Source of the DNA: Microgenomates group bacterium
Lineage (GTDB): Bacteria; Patescibacteriota; Microgenomatia; PFEM01; JBNASD01
Length of the DNA stretch: 64,000 nucleotides
Assembly (NCBI GenBank): GCA_049720225.1
Contig: JBNASD010000001.1
Location: forward strand, 100,733-164,732
Direction of reading: 5' to 3'
Shown: in pieces, positions 8,728 through 18,386 of the stretch
Layout of the letters: the number at the start of each line of letters is the position of its first letter
How positions within the stretch are numbered: position 1 is the stretch's first letter
The notes under the pieces: generated by a model
Database searches by the model: none
What the model saw: only the letters and a program-made list of their open reading frames with translations
What the model was told of the DNA's origin: nothing
Program-made: the position numbers and the translations under genes

Positions 8728-10035
8728 TCAAACACGACTAATAGTATAAAGAGTTGGATAAAAAAGAAAAACCGCTGGTGCCTCTTCGGTTAAAAATCTT
8801 TGAAAATCAAAATATATTTGCTTTCTTTTCTCTTTGTCTATAGTTTTTCTTCCCTCCTCTAGAAGTTTATCTAAACGAGGATTTTTAAGATGACTAAGAT
8901 TAAATTTTTGAGTTGAATGCCACATTGGGTATTGATCGGGGTCTTCTGGAATTTCTTGAGTAATTAGAATTGCTTCTTCATTTTCTAGTTTAGAAATTAT
9001 TTTTATTTTTGTTTCTATCCCCAACTGACTCCAATCTTGTTTAATTTTTTCGGCTACCAACAAAAGAGAAACAGTGGTCGCAATCTCAATTTCTTGAGGT
9101 TTTTTTTCTAGTAACTCCTTAGCTCTTGAGAGGTTGTAATCATAATTTTTGACATTGGGATTATAAAATTGTGACTGAAAATTATAAGAACTTAAAGCGC
9201 GCGGTTTCCATTCTTTTTTAATAGCGTAAGAAAGTGCTTGACGGGTTGATTTTTCGCTAAACTTTTCATTTTGAGTATTAAAATAAAGGGCAACAAAAAG
9301 ATTACTTTTAACCTCGGGGGTGATTTTTATTCCTTTCCAATTAACAAAATCTTGATAATCCGTAAGATCTTTTGCGACATCTATTTCCCCTAATTTAAAA
9401 GCAATTTTTAAACTTTCTTCCGTCGGATAAAAGCGAAATTCTAAAACCTCCTTCGGTTTTTTATTTAGAGAAACTAATTGAATTTTCTCAATCGCCTCCC
9501 CGGTAGTTTTTATTTTTTTAACTTTATAATCCCCCACCCCGATTAAATTTTTTTTAAACAGCGGTTTGGAAACGACACTAAGAAAGGGAGAAAACGGCTC
9601 TTTAAGCTCAAATTTGATTGTTTTATCATCAACAACAACCGTTTTAACATCACTAAAGTTAAAATTAATATCCCCCGCTTTTACTGGTTTTCCATCGTGC
9701 CAAAAAAGATTATTTTTTAAAGAAAAAGTGTAAATTTTTCCTTCCTCTTCAATAATCCAAGATTCAGCAATGCCTTGAGAAATTTCTCCTCCCGGAGAAA
9801 CAGAAGTAAGGCCAATACTAATTAATTTTTGAATTTCCAAAGGAAGATTTTGAACATTATATTTTCCTACCATTCCGATTTTCTTTTTCTTAACAATTAG
9901 CAAGGGAGAAAACCTATTGTAAAGAAAAAAAGAGAGAGTACCAAGAACTATTCCCAAAAGAATGATTTTTCGATGTTTTTTAAAAAAAGCAAAATATAAA
10001 TTAAAATAGAATCTAATAATTTTGAAGAATTTCAT
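8728..10035 (-). CDS. Extracellular solute-binding protein, family-5-like (peptide/nickel ABC substrate-binding), N-terminally membrane anchored
   Basis: Has an N-terminal TM segment and SBP_bac_5-like N-terminal lobe motifs ('GLTSVSPGGEI...AESW...NNLFWHDGKPV'). Confidence 0.45.
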   Translation of the reverse strand: MKFFKIIRFYFNLYFAFFKKHRKIILLGIVLGTLSFFLYNRFSPLLIVKKKKIGMVGKYNVQNLPLEIQKLISIGLTSVSPGGEISQGIAESWIIEEEGKIYTFSLKNNLFWHDGKPVKAGDINFNFSDVKTVVVDDKTIKFELKEPFSPFLSVVSKPLFKKNLIGVGDYKVKKIKTTGEAIEKIQLVSLNKKPKEVLEFRFYPTEESLKIAFKLGEIDVAKDLTDYQDFVNWKGIKITPEVKSNLFVALYFNTQNEKFSEKSTRQALSYAIKKEWKPRALSSYNFQSQFYNPNVKNYDYNLSRAKELLEKKPQEIEIATTVSLLLVAEKIKQDWSQLGIETKIKIISKLENEEAILITQEIPEDPDQYPMWHSTQKFNLSHLKNPRLDKLLEEGRKTIDKEKRKQIYFDFQRFLTEEAPAVFLFYPTLYTISRV

Positions 10036-10041
10036 TTTTAA

Positions 10042-10251
10042 TTAAAAAAGATAATTCGCCAAAATTATTGCGAAGAAAAGAATTCCTAAAATTATGGTGG
10101 CAATAAACAAAAATTTTTCCACCCCCGTTTTAGAAGAAAATTTCTCTTCTAAACTAAAAGAAGACAATCCCTCCCCTTTTACCTGAAGAAGAATCACCAA
10201 AATTAAAAGTAAAGAAATAATAATTTGAGCAATTAATATTACCTGTTTCAT
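10042..10251 (-). CDS. secG: Preprotein translocase subunit SecG-like small membrane protein
   Basis: It is 69 aa with two TM helices and a 'LLQVKGEGLSSF' motif resembling the SecG 'LLQ.GKGG.L' signature. Confidence 0.5.
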   Translation of the reverse strand: MKQVILIAQIIISLLLILVILLQVKGEGLSSFSLEEKFSSKTGVEKFLFIATIILGILFFAIILANYLF

Positions 10252-10652
10252 TTTTTAACCAACCAATTTAAAAAGGTGGTAATTAAACTTAAAATAAACG
10301 ATACCAAAATTAAAGTGGCAATTTTTCCAAAAGATAAAGGAGGAACAACGAATCCCTGATAAGAAAAACCAGGAAAATTAAAATTATAAATTTTAAATTG
10401 GGGAACCAAAATAAGGGTAAAGTAAAGAGTAATTACGTTCACCAACCAGCGAAACAACCCCAATGTTAAAATATTAACCGGCAAAAGAAGAAGGTTAATT
10501 AAAGGTTTGATTAAAATATTCATAATCGTTAATACCAAAGCGGTAGTGGCAATTGTTTTAATTCCCTCCTCAAAAACTACCGAGGAAATGATGTTAGGCA
10601 GAACCCATAAAGAAAAAAAATAAAATAAAAATGAGCGAATATATTTTTTCAT
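10248..10652 (-). CDS. Hypothetical integral membrane protein (4 predicted TM helices)
   Basis: ORF with hydrophobic segments, overlapping the secG-like start by 4 nt. Confidence 0.4.
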   Translation of the reverse strand: MKKYIRSFLFYFFSLWVLPNIISSVVFEEGIKTIATTALVLTIMNILIKPLINLLLLPVNILTLGLFRWLVNVITLYFTLILVPQFKIYNFNFPGFSYQGFVVPPLSFGKIATLILVSFILSLITTFLNWLVKK

Positions 10653-10655
10653 TTT

Positions 10656-12485
10656 CTATTTATTTTTACCATAGTGCAGTAATCTTGTCAAAATAAAAAT
10701 TAATATCAATCCTCCTATTCCTCCTCCAAAATAATAAATTAAAGGATTAATTTCAACAATTTTTTCAAAATTTTTTCCGTCTACAGAAAGAATGATTTTT
10801 CCTTCTAAATTAGGAAGTAAGTTTACAGGTCTTAATTCTAAAAGAAATTCTTCTTTGGCGAAAGGAGGAAATATTTCTCTTTCCGAAGGCAAGGAAGGAG
10901 TTACGCTTTTAACCTGAAGATTTTCTTTCTTCAATTCTAATTTTAAATTATAAAAAGCAGTTGGTCCTAAATTTTTAATGAGAATTTTTTCTTTATTTAA
11001 ATTAAACCAAGAAAGTCGGGGAGAAAAAAGAAAATCTACTTGGATTTGCGGAGGAACCTCTGGAAGATATTCTCCCACCTCAATTTCAATATCTTTATTT
11101 TTTTCCTCTATTTTATAAGAACCAGGCGGATAGGGTTTTTCACTATCTTCTCCGTGAATAACGAAAACTACATGATTTAAATCCATTTTAGAAAAATAAT
11201 CAATTCCACCCGTAGTTTTCCCCCAAGTAGGATCAACAGGAATCCACATCTTTTTTTGATTGTCCCAATATTCTGGCCAAGAATGTAAAACGTCAGTGGT
11301 AAGACTTAATGATTGAAGATCATCACTTCTGCTGTAGGCATAACCATTTATTTCTCGGGCGGGAACTCCGGCCGCGCGGGCAAGAGCAACAAAAAGATCC
11401 GTAAATTCGGTACAAATCGCTTTTTTAGGATTATTTAAAGCTTCTAGCGCTCCCAAACGTTCAACCTCTCCTTTTATTTTTTCTTTATCATATTCGAGAG
11501 TTTGGACAACAAAATCATAAATTTTTTTAGGTGTTTTTAGTTCTTTTGCTTTCTGGCGAATTAGGGGATGATCAACCTCCCAATATTTTTGGGGTAAAAG
11601 ATTATTTTCTAAATTACCTTGTGGGGGAAAATTTTTTCTTGGTTCAGAAAAAACTTTTACTTTTCCTTCGGTTAAAATTCTTAATTCTTGATTAGGATTA
11701 AGAAAATATTTAGCTAACCAATTTCCATCGTTATCGACAACAACAGTTTCTGGTTGAGGTTCAATTTTTAAATAAGTTACCTGTTGAAAAGCGGTATCAG
11801 GAACTAAAGGAATTTCTGCTTCCGTTAGTTGATTATATTGATTTTTAAGATAGTAATTAATTTTAAAATTAAAAACTTGAAAATTACCAAAGGCGGCACT
11901 AATAGAAGAATTAACTAGTTGATTTTTTTCAAACCGATAAATATTTAAATTATTTTCTGTTTTTTTCTCTACTGGTGAGGGTTTAATATAAGCAGGTAAC
12001 CCCATTTCTAAAGGAACTTCTAGGTATAAAACATAACTATCAGGAAGGTTTTCTTTGGCTAAATGAGGAATAGTAATTTCCCAAACATTTCCTCTTTTTT
12101 CCAATAAGTTTAAAGCCTCATAAGAAACAGAAAAATTTTGGGTTTTCCCCTTTCCTACTACTTCTTGATTAAATTGAAAATTAATAACTGTTTGTTTACC
12201 ATCCGCGCTGATACTGGTTTTAAGCTCTCCTTTTTCGTCATGGGCAGTGACGTTTTTTACCTTTACTCCCTCCAAAATTAAAGAGTATTGGGTAGCGTAA
12301 AGATTGGAAAATTTATTAGTTAAAGAGATATTTTGGGTTACCAAAACTTTCTGATCCAAAGAAAGGCGATAATAAACAGTGTAGTCTACCTGAAATTCTT
12401 CACTGGCATTTAGATTTTTTGAAAAAATAATTAAAAAAATATAAAGAAAAATTAATTTAAAAAGATTTTTGATTTTTCTTGACAT
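10656..12485 (-). CDS. Transglutaminase-like cysteine protease superfamily protein, secreted, with a C-terminal TM anchor
   Basis: Has a signal peptide, a core 'AICTEFTDLFVALARAAGVPAREINGYAY' (Cys-containing transglutaminase motif), and a C-terminal 'GGGIGGLILIFILTRLL' TM segment. Confidence 0.65.
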   Translation of the reverse strand: MSRKIKNLFKLIFLYIFLIIFSKNLNASEEFQVDYTVYYRLSLDQKVLVTQNISLTNKFSNLYATQYSLILEGVKVKNVTAHDEKGELKTSISADGKQTVINFQFNQEVVGKGKTQNFSVSYEALNLLEKRGNVWEITIPHLAKENLPDSYVLYLEVPLEMGLPAYIKPSPVEKKTENNLNIYRFEKNQLVNSSISAAFGNFQVFNFKINYYLKNQYNQLTEAEIPLVPDTAFQQVTYLKIEPQPETVVVDNDGNWLAKYFLNPNQELRILTEGKVKVFSEPRKNFPPQGNLENNLLPQKYWEVDHPLIRQKAKELKTPKKIYDFVVQTLEYDKEKIKGEVERLGALEALNNPKKAICTEFTDLFVALARAAGVPAREINGYAYSRSDDLQSLSLTTDVLHSWPEYWDNQKKMWIPVDPTWGKTTGGIDYFSKMDLNHVVFVIHGEDSEKPYPPGSYKIEEKNKDIEIEVGEYLPEVPPQIQVDFLFSPRLSWFNLNKEKILIKNLGPTAFYNLKLELKKENLQVKSVTPSLPSEREIFPPFAKEEFLLELRPVNLLPNLEGKIILSVDGKNFEKIVEINPLIYYFGGGIGGLILIFILTRLLHYGKNK

Positions 12486-12507
12486 TGGTTATAATATTAA
12501 TAATACT

Positions 12508-13143
12508 ATGGTGTATAAATCTCCAGCCCTTTTAACCGCAAGAGAAAAACAAATTTTAGATTTTATTCTTCAGTATATCAAAAAATGGGGTTATTCGCCG
12601 AGTTTAAAAGAAATCGCCAAAGCAATTGATTTAAAATCTACCTCGGGATTAATTCCTTATATTCGGATATTAAAGAAAAAAGGTTATCTTTTAGAAAAAG
12701 AAGAAAAAGCCTATCGGAATTTGGTGGTTAACGAAAAACATTTAAAAGAATTACTTCCCGAGTTACGACTACCCGTTTTAGGTTTTATTTCGGCAGGAAA
12801 ACCTTTAGAGCCTTATACCGATCCAAATGCTACTATTGATATTCCCCCCTCGATGGTTTCAGGTAAAAGAAGAAGTTTCGTTCTCCAAGTTAAAGGGGAT
12901 TCAATGATTGAAGAGGGAATTTTAGATGGTGATTTTGTAATTATCGAAGAACAGGCAGAAGCAAATAACGGTGATATTGTGGTTGCTCTTTTAGAAAACG
13001 GTTTAGCCACCCTTAAAAGATTTTATAAAGAAAAAACGCGAGTAAGATTAGAACCTGCCAATAGCAAAATGGCTCCTATTTTTGCTAAAAATGTTCAAAT
13101 TCAAGGTAAAGTGGTAGGATTAATTCGTCGTTATTCCCGCTAA
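12508..13143 (+). CDS. lexA: LexA repressor (S24 peptidase)
   Basis: Has an N-terminal wHTH, the cleavage region 'LPVLGFISAGKP', the Ser-nucleophile motif 'VKGDSM' and the Lys motif 'ATLKRF'. The start is taken at MVYKS. Confidence 0.85.
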   Translation: MVYKSPALLTAREKQILDFILQYIKKWGYSPSLKEIAKAIDLKSTSGLIPYIRILKKKGYLLEKEEKAYRNLVVNEKHLKELLPELRLPVLGFISAGKPLEPYTDPNATIDIPPSMVSGKRRSFVLQVKGDSMIEEGILDGDFVIIEEQAEANNGDIVVALLENGLATLKRFYKEKTRVRLEPANSKMAPIFAKNVQIQGKVVGLIRRYSR

Positions 13144-13147
13144 TTTT

Positions 13148-13831
13148 ATGAGTATTCTTTATTTAGTTGCTACTCCCATTGGAAATTTAGAAGATATTAG
13201 CTTACGGGCATTAAGAACTTTGAAAGAAGTAAAAATCATTGCCTGTGAAGATACGCGAAAAACCGGTTTACTTTTAAAAAAATTAAACATTCCTCCTAAA
13301 AAATTAATTTCTTATTATTCTTATAATGAAGAAAAAAGAGTTCCCCAAATAATTTCTTTGTTAAAAAACAACCAATCAGTGGCCTTAGTGAGTGAAGCCG
13401 GCACTCCGCTTATTTCTGATCCTGGTTTTAAAATTGTTGCTGAATGTCTAAAACAAGGAATTAAAGTCGAACCGATTCCCGGTCCTTCAGCAGTAATAAC
13501 CGCCTTAATTGCCTCTGGATTACCTTCTGATAAATTTTTATTTTTAGGTTACCTTTCTAAAAAGACCACCAGAAGAAAAAAAATACTCGAAAATTTAAAA
13601 AAAGTCGAATTTCCCTTAACAATAATTCTATTTGAATCCCCCTATAGAGTAAAAAATTTACTCAATGAATTGGAAATGATTTTTGGCAATATTGAAATCG
13701 TTTTTACTAAGGAATTAACTAAAAAATTTGAAAAAATTATTAAAGATAAAATTGAAAACATAAAAAATTTTTTAAGTAAAAATCCGCCAAAAGGAGAAAT
13801 AACTCTTTTATTTAGAATTCCTCAAGACTAG
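13148..13831 (+). CDS. rsmI: 16S rRNA (cytidine1402-2'-O)-methyltransferase RsmI
   Basis: The N-terminus reads 'LYLVATPIGNLEDISLRALRTLKEVKIIACEDTR', the tetrapyrrole-methylase-like RsmI signature. Confidence 0.85.
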   Translation: MSILYLVATPIGNLEDISLRALRTLKEVKIIACEDTRKTGLLLKKLNIPPKKLISYYSYNEEKRVPQIISLLKNNQSVALVSEAGTPLISDPGFKIVAECLKQGIKVEPIPGPSAVITALIASGLPSDKFLFLGYLSKKTTRRKKILENLKKVEFPLTIILFESPYRVKNLLNELEMIFGNIEIVFTKELTKKFEKIIKDKIENIKNFLSKNPPKGEITLLFRIPQD

Positions 13832-15518
13832 AGGTATCGCCTATTGGCAAACCTAATTCTTGAGCCTTTAAAATTCGGCGAACAATTTTTCCTGAGCGAG
13901 TTTTAGGTAAGCTTTTTACAAATTCAATTTCCCGGGGATAAGCATGACCGGCAAGATTTTTTTTGACATGAAGTTGCAGTTTTTCTTTTAAAGCGTTGGT
14001 TGGTCGCCAACCGGGTTTTAAAACCACAAAAGCCTTAATAATTTCCCCTCTTACCGGGTCCGGTTTTCCGATTACTCCTGCTTCAACTACTGCCGGATGC
14101 TCAATTAAACATGATTCCACCTCAAAAGGACCAACCCGTTCTCCCGAAGTTTTAATCACATCATCTGCCCGACCAACAAACCAAAAATAACCATCCTCAT
14201 CTTTATAAGCTAAATCTCCAGTAATATACCAACCATTAACAAAATAGCTTTGGTATTTTTTAGGTCTTCGCCAAATAGTTTTCATCATCGAAGGCCAAGG
14301 TGGTTTAATGGCTAAATTTCCCATCTGTTTTATAGGTAACACCCTTCCTTTATCATCAACAATGTTTGCTTTTATTCCCGGAATTGGTTTTCCCATTGAG
14401 CCTGGTTTAATATCCAAACAGGGAAAATTAGCAATCAAAATTCCACCAGTTTCTGTTTGCCACCAAGTATCATGCAAGGGTAAATTAAAAGCTTTTAGTC
14501 CCCACCAAACCGGTTCCGGATTAAGCGGCTCCCCTACCGAGGCTAAATGCCTTAAAGAAGAAAGATTAAATTTTCTTACTAATTTAAGTCCCTGGGCCGC
14601 CAGCATCCTTATCGCCGTAGGAGCAGTATACCAAACAGAAATTCGGTATTTTTCAATTAAACGATACCATTTTTCTGGATCAAACCTTCCTTCGTAAACT
14701 AGACTGGAGGCGCCATTTGACCAAACCCCCAAAATTCCATAGGCAATTCCCGTTACCCATCCCGGATCGGCGGTACACCAATAAGTATCTTCTTCCTTAA
14801 TATCCAAAACCCATTTCGCGGTAATATGTTCCAAAACAATAGCTTTATGGGTATGAACTACTCCTTTTGGTTTTCCGGTAGTTCCTGAGGTATAGAGAAT
14901 AAAAGCAGGTTCTTGGGGAGCCATCCGTCTTAATTTTAAAGAGGAAGAATATTTACTTAAAAGATTTCTTATGTTTTCGGCAAAGACAATTTTCTTTAAA
15001 TAAGGAAGTTGTTTTTCTATTTTTCTTACGCGCTGGTAAAGTTCTTTAGTAGTAATCAAAACTTTTGCCTGGGAGTTGTTTAATCGGTCAAATAGCGCCT
15101 GGGGACCAAAAGCAGAAAATAAAGTACCAGGAATAGCGCCAATTTTTAAGGCTCCTAAAAATCCCCAATATAAACAAGGAATTCGAGGAAGAAAGAAAAA
15201 AACGCGGTCTCCTTTTTTTACCCCCAACGATTTTAAAAAATTGCCAAATTGATTAGATAAAAGATAAAGATCATAAAAAGTATATTTTTCTTCCTCTCCA
15301 TTTTCTCCCTCCCAATACAAAGCAATTTTATTTTTTCGGGGAGTATCAAGATGACGATCAATCGCATTATAAGCCGCATTTAATCTTTTTTTAGGAAACC
15401 AGCTAATTTCTTTTTCTGCTTCCTGCCAACTAAAATGACGATAGGTTTTTTCGTAATCTTTAAGATTCGGTGGGAGTTTTAAAAAATCTTTTTTCTTTAT
15501 AATTTTTTCTTTTTTCAT
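13812..15518 (-). CDS. acs: AMP-forming acetyl-/acyl-CoA synthetase (Acs family)
   Basis: Has the AMP-binding motif 'YTSGTTGKPKGVVHTH', the Acs-type 'DTWWQTETGG', and a C-terminal 'SGKIVRR' lysine motif. Confidence 0.75.
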   Translation of the reverse strand: MKKEKIIKKKDFLKLPPNLKDYEKTYRHFSWQEAEKEISWFPKKRLNAAYNAIDRHLDTPRKNKIALYWEGENGEEEKYTFYDLYLLSNQFGNFLKSLGVKKGDRVFFFLPRIPCLYWGFLGALKIGAIPGTLFSAFGPQALFDRLNNSQAKVLITTKELYQRVRKIEKQLPYLKKIVFAENIRNLLSKYSSSLKLRRMAPQEPAFILYTSGTTGKPKGVVHTHKAIVLEHITAKWVLDIKEEDTYWCTADPGWVTGIAYGILGVWSNGASSLVYEGRFDPEKWYRLIEKYRISVWYTAPTAIRMLAAQGLKLVRKFNLSSLRHLASVGEPLNPEPVWWGLKAFNLPLHDTWWQTETGGILIANFPCLDIKPGSMGKPIPGIKANIVDDKGRVLPIKQMGNLAIKPPWPSMMKTIWRRPKKYQSYFVNGWYITGDLAYKDEDGYFWFVGRADDVIKTSGERVGPFEVESCLIEHPAVVEAGVIGKPDPVRGEIIKAFVVLKPGWRPTNALKEKLQLHVKKNLAGHAYPREIEFVKSLPKTRSGKIVRRILKAQELGLPIGDTSSLEEF

Positions 15519-15520
15519 TT

Positions 15521-17140
15521 TTATAAAAGTAAACTTTTACCGGTCATTAACGGTGGTTTTTCAATTTTTAATAACTCAAGAATTGTGGGTGCCACATCTG
15601 CTAAAACCCCTCGGAGGAGATTTTTTCCGGAAATGCCAAATTTTTTGTTAATTAAAATAAAAGGAACGGGATTTAAGGAATGTTGGGTGTCTTTTTCACC
15701 AGTCGCTAAATTAATCATCTCTTCAACATTTCCGTGATCAGCCGTCACCACACAAATGCCATTTAAATTAATTACCGTATTAACAATTTTTCCTAAACAG
15801 TAATCAACCGTTTCGCATGCTTTTATTCCGGCAGATAAAACACCGGTATGACCAACCATATCCGGATTGGCAAAATTTACCAAGACAAATTGATAGAAAC
15901 CGCTTTTAATTCTTTTTAAAACTTGATCAGTAACCTCAAAAGCGGACATTTCTGGTTTAAGGTCATAGGTAGCTACTTTAGGAGAAGGAATTTCTACCCA
16001 GTCTTCACCGGGAAAAGGCTTTTCTCTTCCCCCGCCAAAAAAATAACTAATATGAGGATATTTTTCACTTTCAGCAATATGAAGTTGCCGCAAATTATTT
16101 TCACTTAATACTCTCGCCAACGGTAAAGCGACCTTTTGGGGAGGAAAAGCTACCGCCGATACTGGTAGATTTTTTTCGTATTCCGTCATTGTTACGAAAA
16201 ATAAATTTCTTAAAATTTTTTCCCGTTTAAAGGTACTGGTTCCTTTGGGAGTTTCGTAAATTTTTAGGCCATATTTTTCTGCATAAGGGTCAAAGGAAAT
16301 TGCTCTTTCTTCCAAAGTTTCAAAATTAGGCAATATAAACGCTTTTGTTAATTGTCGCGGTCGGTCAGGGCGAAAATTATAAAAAATTACGCCATCATTA
16401 TCGTTAATTAAACCATTTTTGTCTAAAATTATTGGTTCCAAAAATTCGTCACTTTTCCCTTTTTGATATTGTTCTTGAATTGCAGTTAAAAATGAATTAG
16501 CTTCCTTTCCTTTTCCCAAAACTAACGCTTCGTAAGCAATTTTTGTTCTTTCCCAGCGCCAATCCCTATCCATGGCATAATAGCGGCCCATTAAAGTGGC
16601 AATTTTGCCGATTTTGAGACTTTTTAATTGCTCCTCCACTTTAGTTAAAGAATCAATACTTGAATAAGGAGGGGAATCTCGGCCATCGGTAAAAAGATGA
16701 AGATAAAGTTTTTCCACTTGGTGCGTTTTGGCAAGATTAATTAACGCTAATAAATGGTGAATACTGGCATGAACACCGGCCGGACCAATTAATCCCAAAA
16801 GATGTAACGAAGAATGGTATCTTTTAACATGGTCAATTGCCCTTAAAAATGCCTCATTTTTAAAAAAAGTACCATCGGCAATCGCCATATTAATCCGCGG
16901 AAAATCTTGAAAAACAATTTGTCCCGCTCCTAAATTAAGATGGCCGGCTTCGGAATTTCCTTGTTCTCCCGGCGGTAACCCCACCGCTTCTTCGGCGGCT
17001 AATAATTGGGTATGGGGATAAGCACTAAAATATTTTTTAAAATTAGGAATTTTTGCCAAAGAAACCGCATTACCTGGTCCTGGTGGGGCAATTCCCCACC
17101 CATCAAGAATGATTAAAACCAATAGTTTATTTTCCTCCAT
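15521..17140 (-). CDS. gpmI: 2,3-bisphosphoglycerate-independent phosphoglycerate mutase
   Basis: The iPGM N-terminus reads 'LIILDGWGIAPPG', and the protein has the full two-domain length. Confidence 0.85.
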   Translation of the reverse strand: MEENKLLVLIILDGWGIAPPGPGNAVSLAKIPNFKKYFSAYPHTQLLAAEEAVGLPPGEQGNSEAGHLNLGAGQIVFQDFPRINMAIADGTFFKNEAFLRAIDHVKRYHSSLHLLGLIGPAGVHASIHHLLALINLAKTHQVEKLYLHLFTDGRDSPPYSSIDSLTKVEEQLKSLKIGKIATLMGRYYAMDRDWRWERTKIAYEALVLGKGKEANSFLTAIQEQYQKGKSDEFLEPIILDKNGLINDNDGVIFYNFRPDRPRQLTKAFILPNFETLEERAISFDPYAEKYGLKIYETPKGTSTFKREKILRNLFFVTMTEYEKNLPVSAVAFPPQKVALPLARVLSENNLRQLHIAESEKYPHISYFFGGGREKPFPGEDWVEIPSPKVATYDLKPEMSAFEVTDQVLKRIKSGFYQFVLVNFANPDMVGHTGVLSAGIKACETVDYCLGKIVNTVINLNGICVVTADHGNVEEMINLATGEKDTQHSLNPVPFILINKKFGISGKNLLRGVLADVAPTILELLKIEKPPLMTGKSLLL

Positions 17141-18386
17141 TTTTTATAATTTCTTCAATTTCTAATAAACGATTATATTTAACCACCCTTTCACCTCGGC
17201 AAGGAGCGCCAAACTTAACAAAATCTGCTCCCACGCCAACGGCAAAATCAGCAAGAAAGTCATCAGTTGTTTCTCCACTGCGATGGGAAATAATTACCTT
17301 CCAGCCAGCTTGGCGAGCGATTTTGATTACCTCAATTGTTTCCGCCACCGTGCCAATTTGGTTGGGCTTTACCAAAATTCCCCCACAAGCTTTTTTTCTA
17401 ATTGCCTCCTCTACCCGATTTTTATTAGTTGCCAAAAGATCATCGCCGATAATTGTCGTTTGCGATAAATTTTTGGTAATTTTTTGCCAACCCTCCCAAT
17501 CGTCTTCGGCAAAAGGATCCTCTAAAAGATATAAAGGATATTGTTTTATTAATTCCTGATAAAATCCTAAAAATTCTTCGGTATCTAAAGGTTGAGTGCG
17601 ATCACGAATTTTATATTTTCCTTGCTGATAAAAACTGGTTGCCGCCACATCCAAACCTAAAAAAATTTCTTTACCCATTAAATATCCTGCTTCTTTAATA
17701 GCCTCTGTTAAAATTGTTAATGCGTCCAAGTTAGTAAAAAGATTAGGAGCAAATCCTCCCTCATCCCCTACCGAATGAATTGCTCCATAACGAATTAAAA
17801 TTTCTTTTACCGTTTGGTAAACTTCTACCCCATTTCTTAATGATTCTTGATAAGAATCTTTAACAATAGGAATAACATGGAATTCTTGAAAGTCTAAATT
17901 TCCCGCTCCATGTTTTCCGCCATTAATTAAATTAAAAATCGGACTGGGAATTTTAAAAGGAGGTTCTAATCCGTAAAGATGACTAACGTGAACAAAGGGA
18001 GGTACTCCCTCTTCTATCGCCGCTAATTTACAAACCGCTAAAGAAACAGAAAGAATGGCGTTAGCTCCTAAATTAGTTTTGTTGGGCGTTCCATCTAAAG
18101 TGATTAAAGTTTTATCAATTTCTAATTGATTTCTTACTTCTTTGCCAATAATTTTTGGTTTAATTATTTGATTAACATTTTCCACCGCTTTTAAAACCCC
18201 CTTTCCCTTAAATCTTTTAGGATCATTATCTCTTAATTCCAAAGCTTCATATTTTCCCAAAGAAGCTCCCGAAGGAACAGAAGCAACGGCCATTCGACCG
18301 TCTTCTAAAATTACTTTTGTTTCGATAGTAGGATTTCCGCGAGAGTCAAGAATTTCTCTGGCAATAATATCTTTTATTTTCGCCAT
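17127..18386 (-). CDS. eno: Enolase
   Basis: 'IKDIIAREILDSRGNPTIE' is the canonical enolase N-terminus. 'SHRSGETTD' is the active-site motif. Confidence 0.9.
   Translation of the reverse strand: MAKIKDIIAREILDSRGNPTIETKVILEDGRMAVASVPSGASLGKYEALELRDNDPKRFKGKGVLKAVENVNQIIKPKIIGKEVRNQLEIDKTLITLDGTPNKTNLGANAILSVSLAVCKLAAIEEGVPPFVHVSHLYGLEPPFKIPSPIFNLINGGKHGAGNLDFQEFHVIPIVKDSYQESLRNGVEVYQTVKEILIRYGAIHSVGDEGGFAPNLFTNLDALTILTEAIKEAGYLMGKEIFLGLDVAATSFYQQGKYKIRDRTQPLDTEEFLGFYQELIKQYPLYLLEDPFAEDDWEGWQKITKNLSQTTIIGDDLLATNKNRVEEAIRKKACGGILVKPNQIGTVAETIEVIKIARQAGWKVIISHRSGETTDDFLADFAVGVGADFVKFGAPCRGERVVKYNRLLEIEEIIKNGGK

Noticed and set aside
8178-8793. Four plus/minus-strand ORFs of 68-90 aa overlapping the six-tRNA array
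   Set aside because: They lie entirely within tRNA genes, so their high GC and open frames are artefacts of tRNA sequence. No RBS is present.
12486-12507. Possible LexA operator in the 22-nt lexA/transglutaminase divergent spacer (palindrome TATTAATA)
   Set aside because: The spacer is too short and AT-rich to distinguish an operator from a -10 element. The LexA-box consensus for this lineage is unknown to me.
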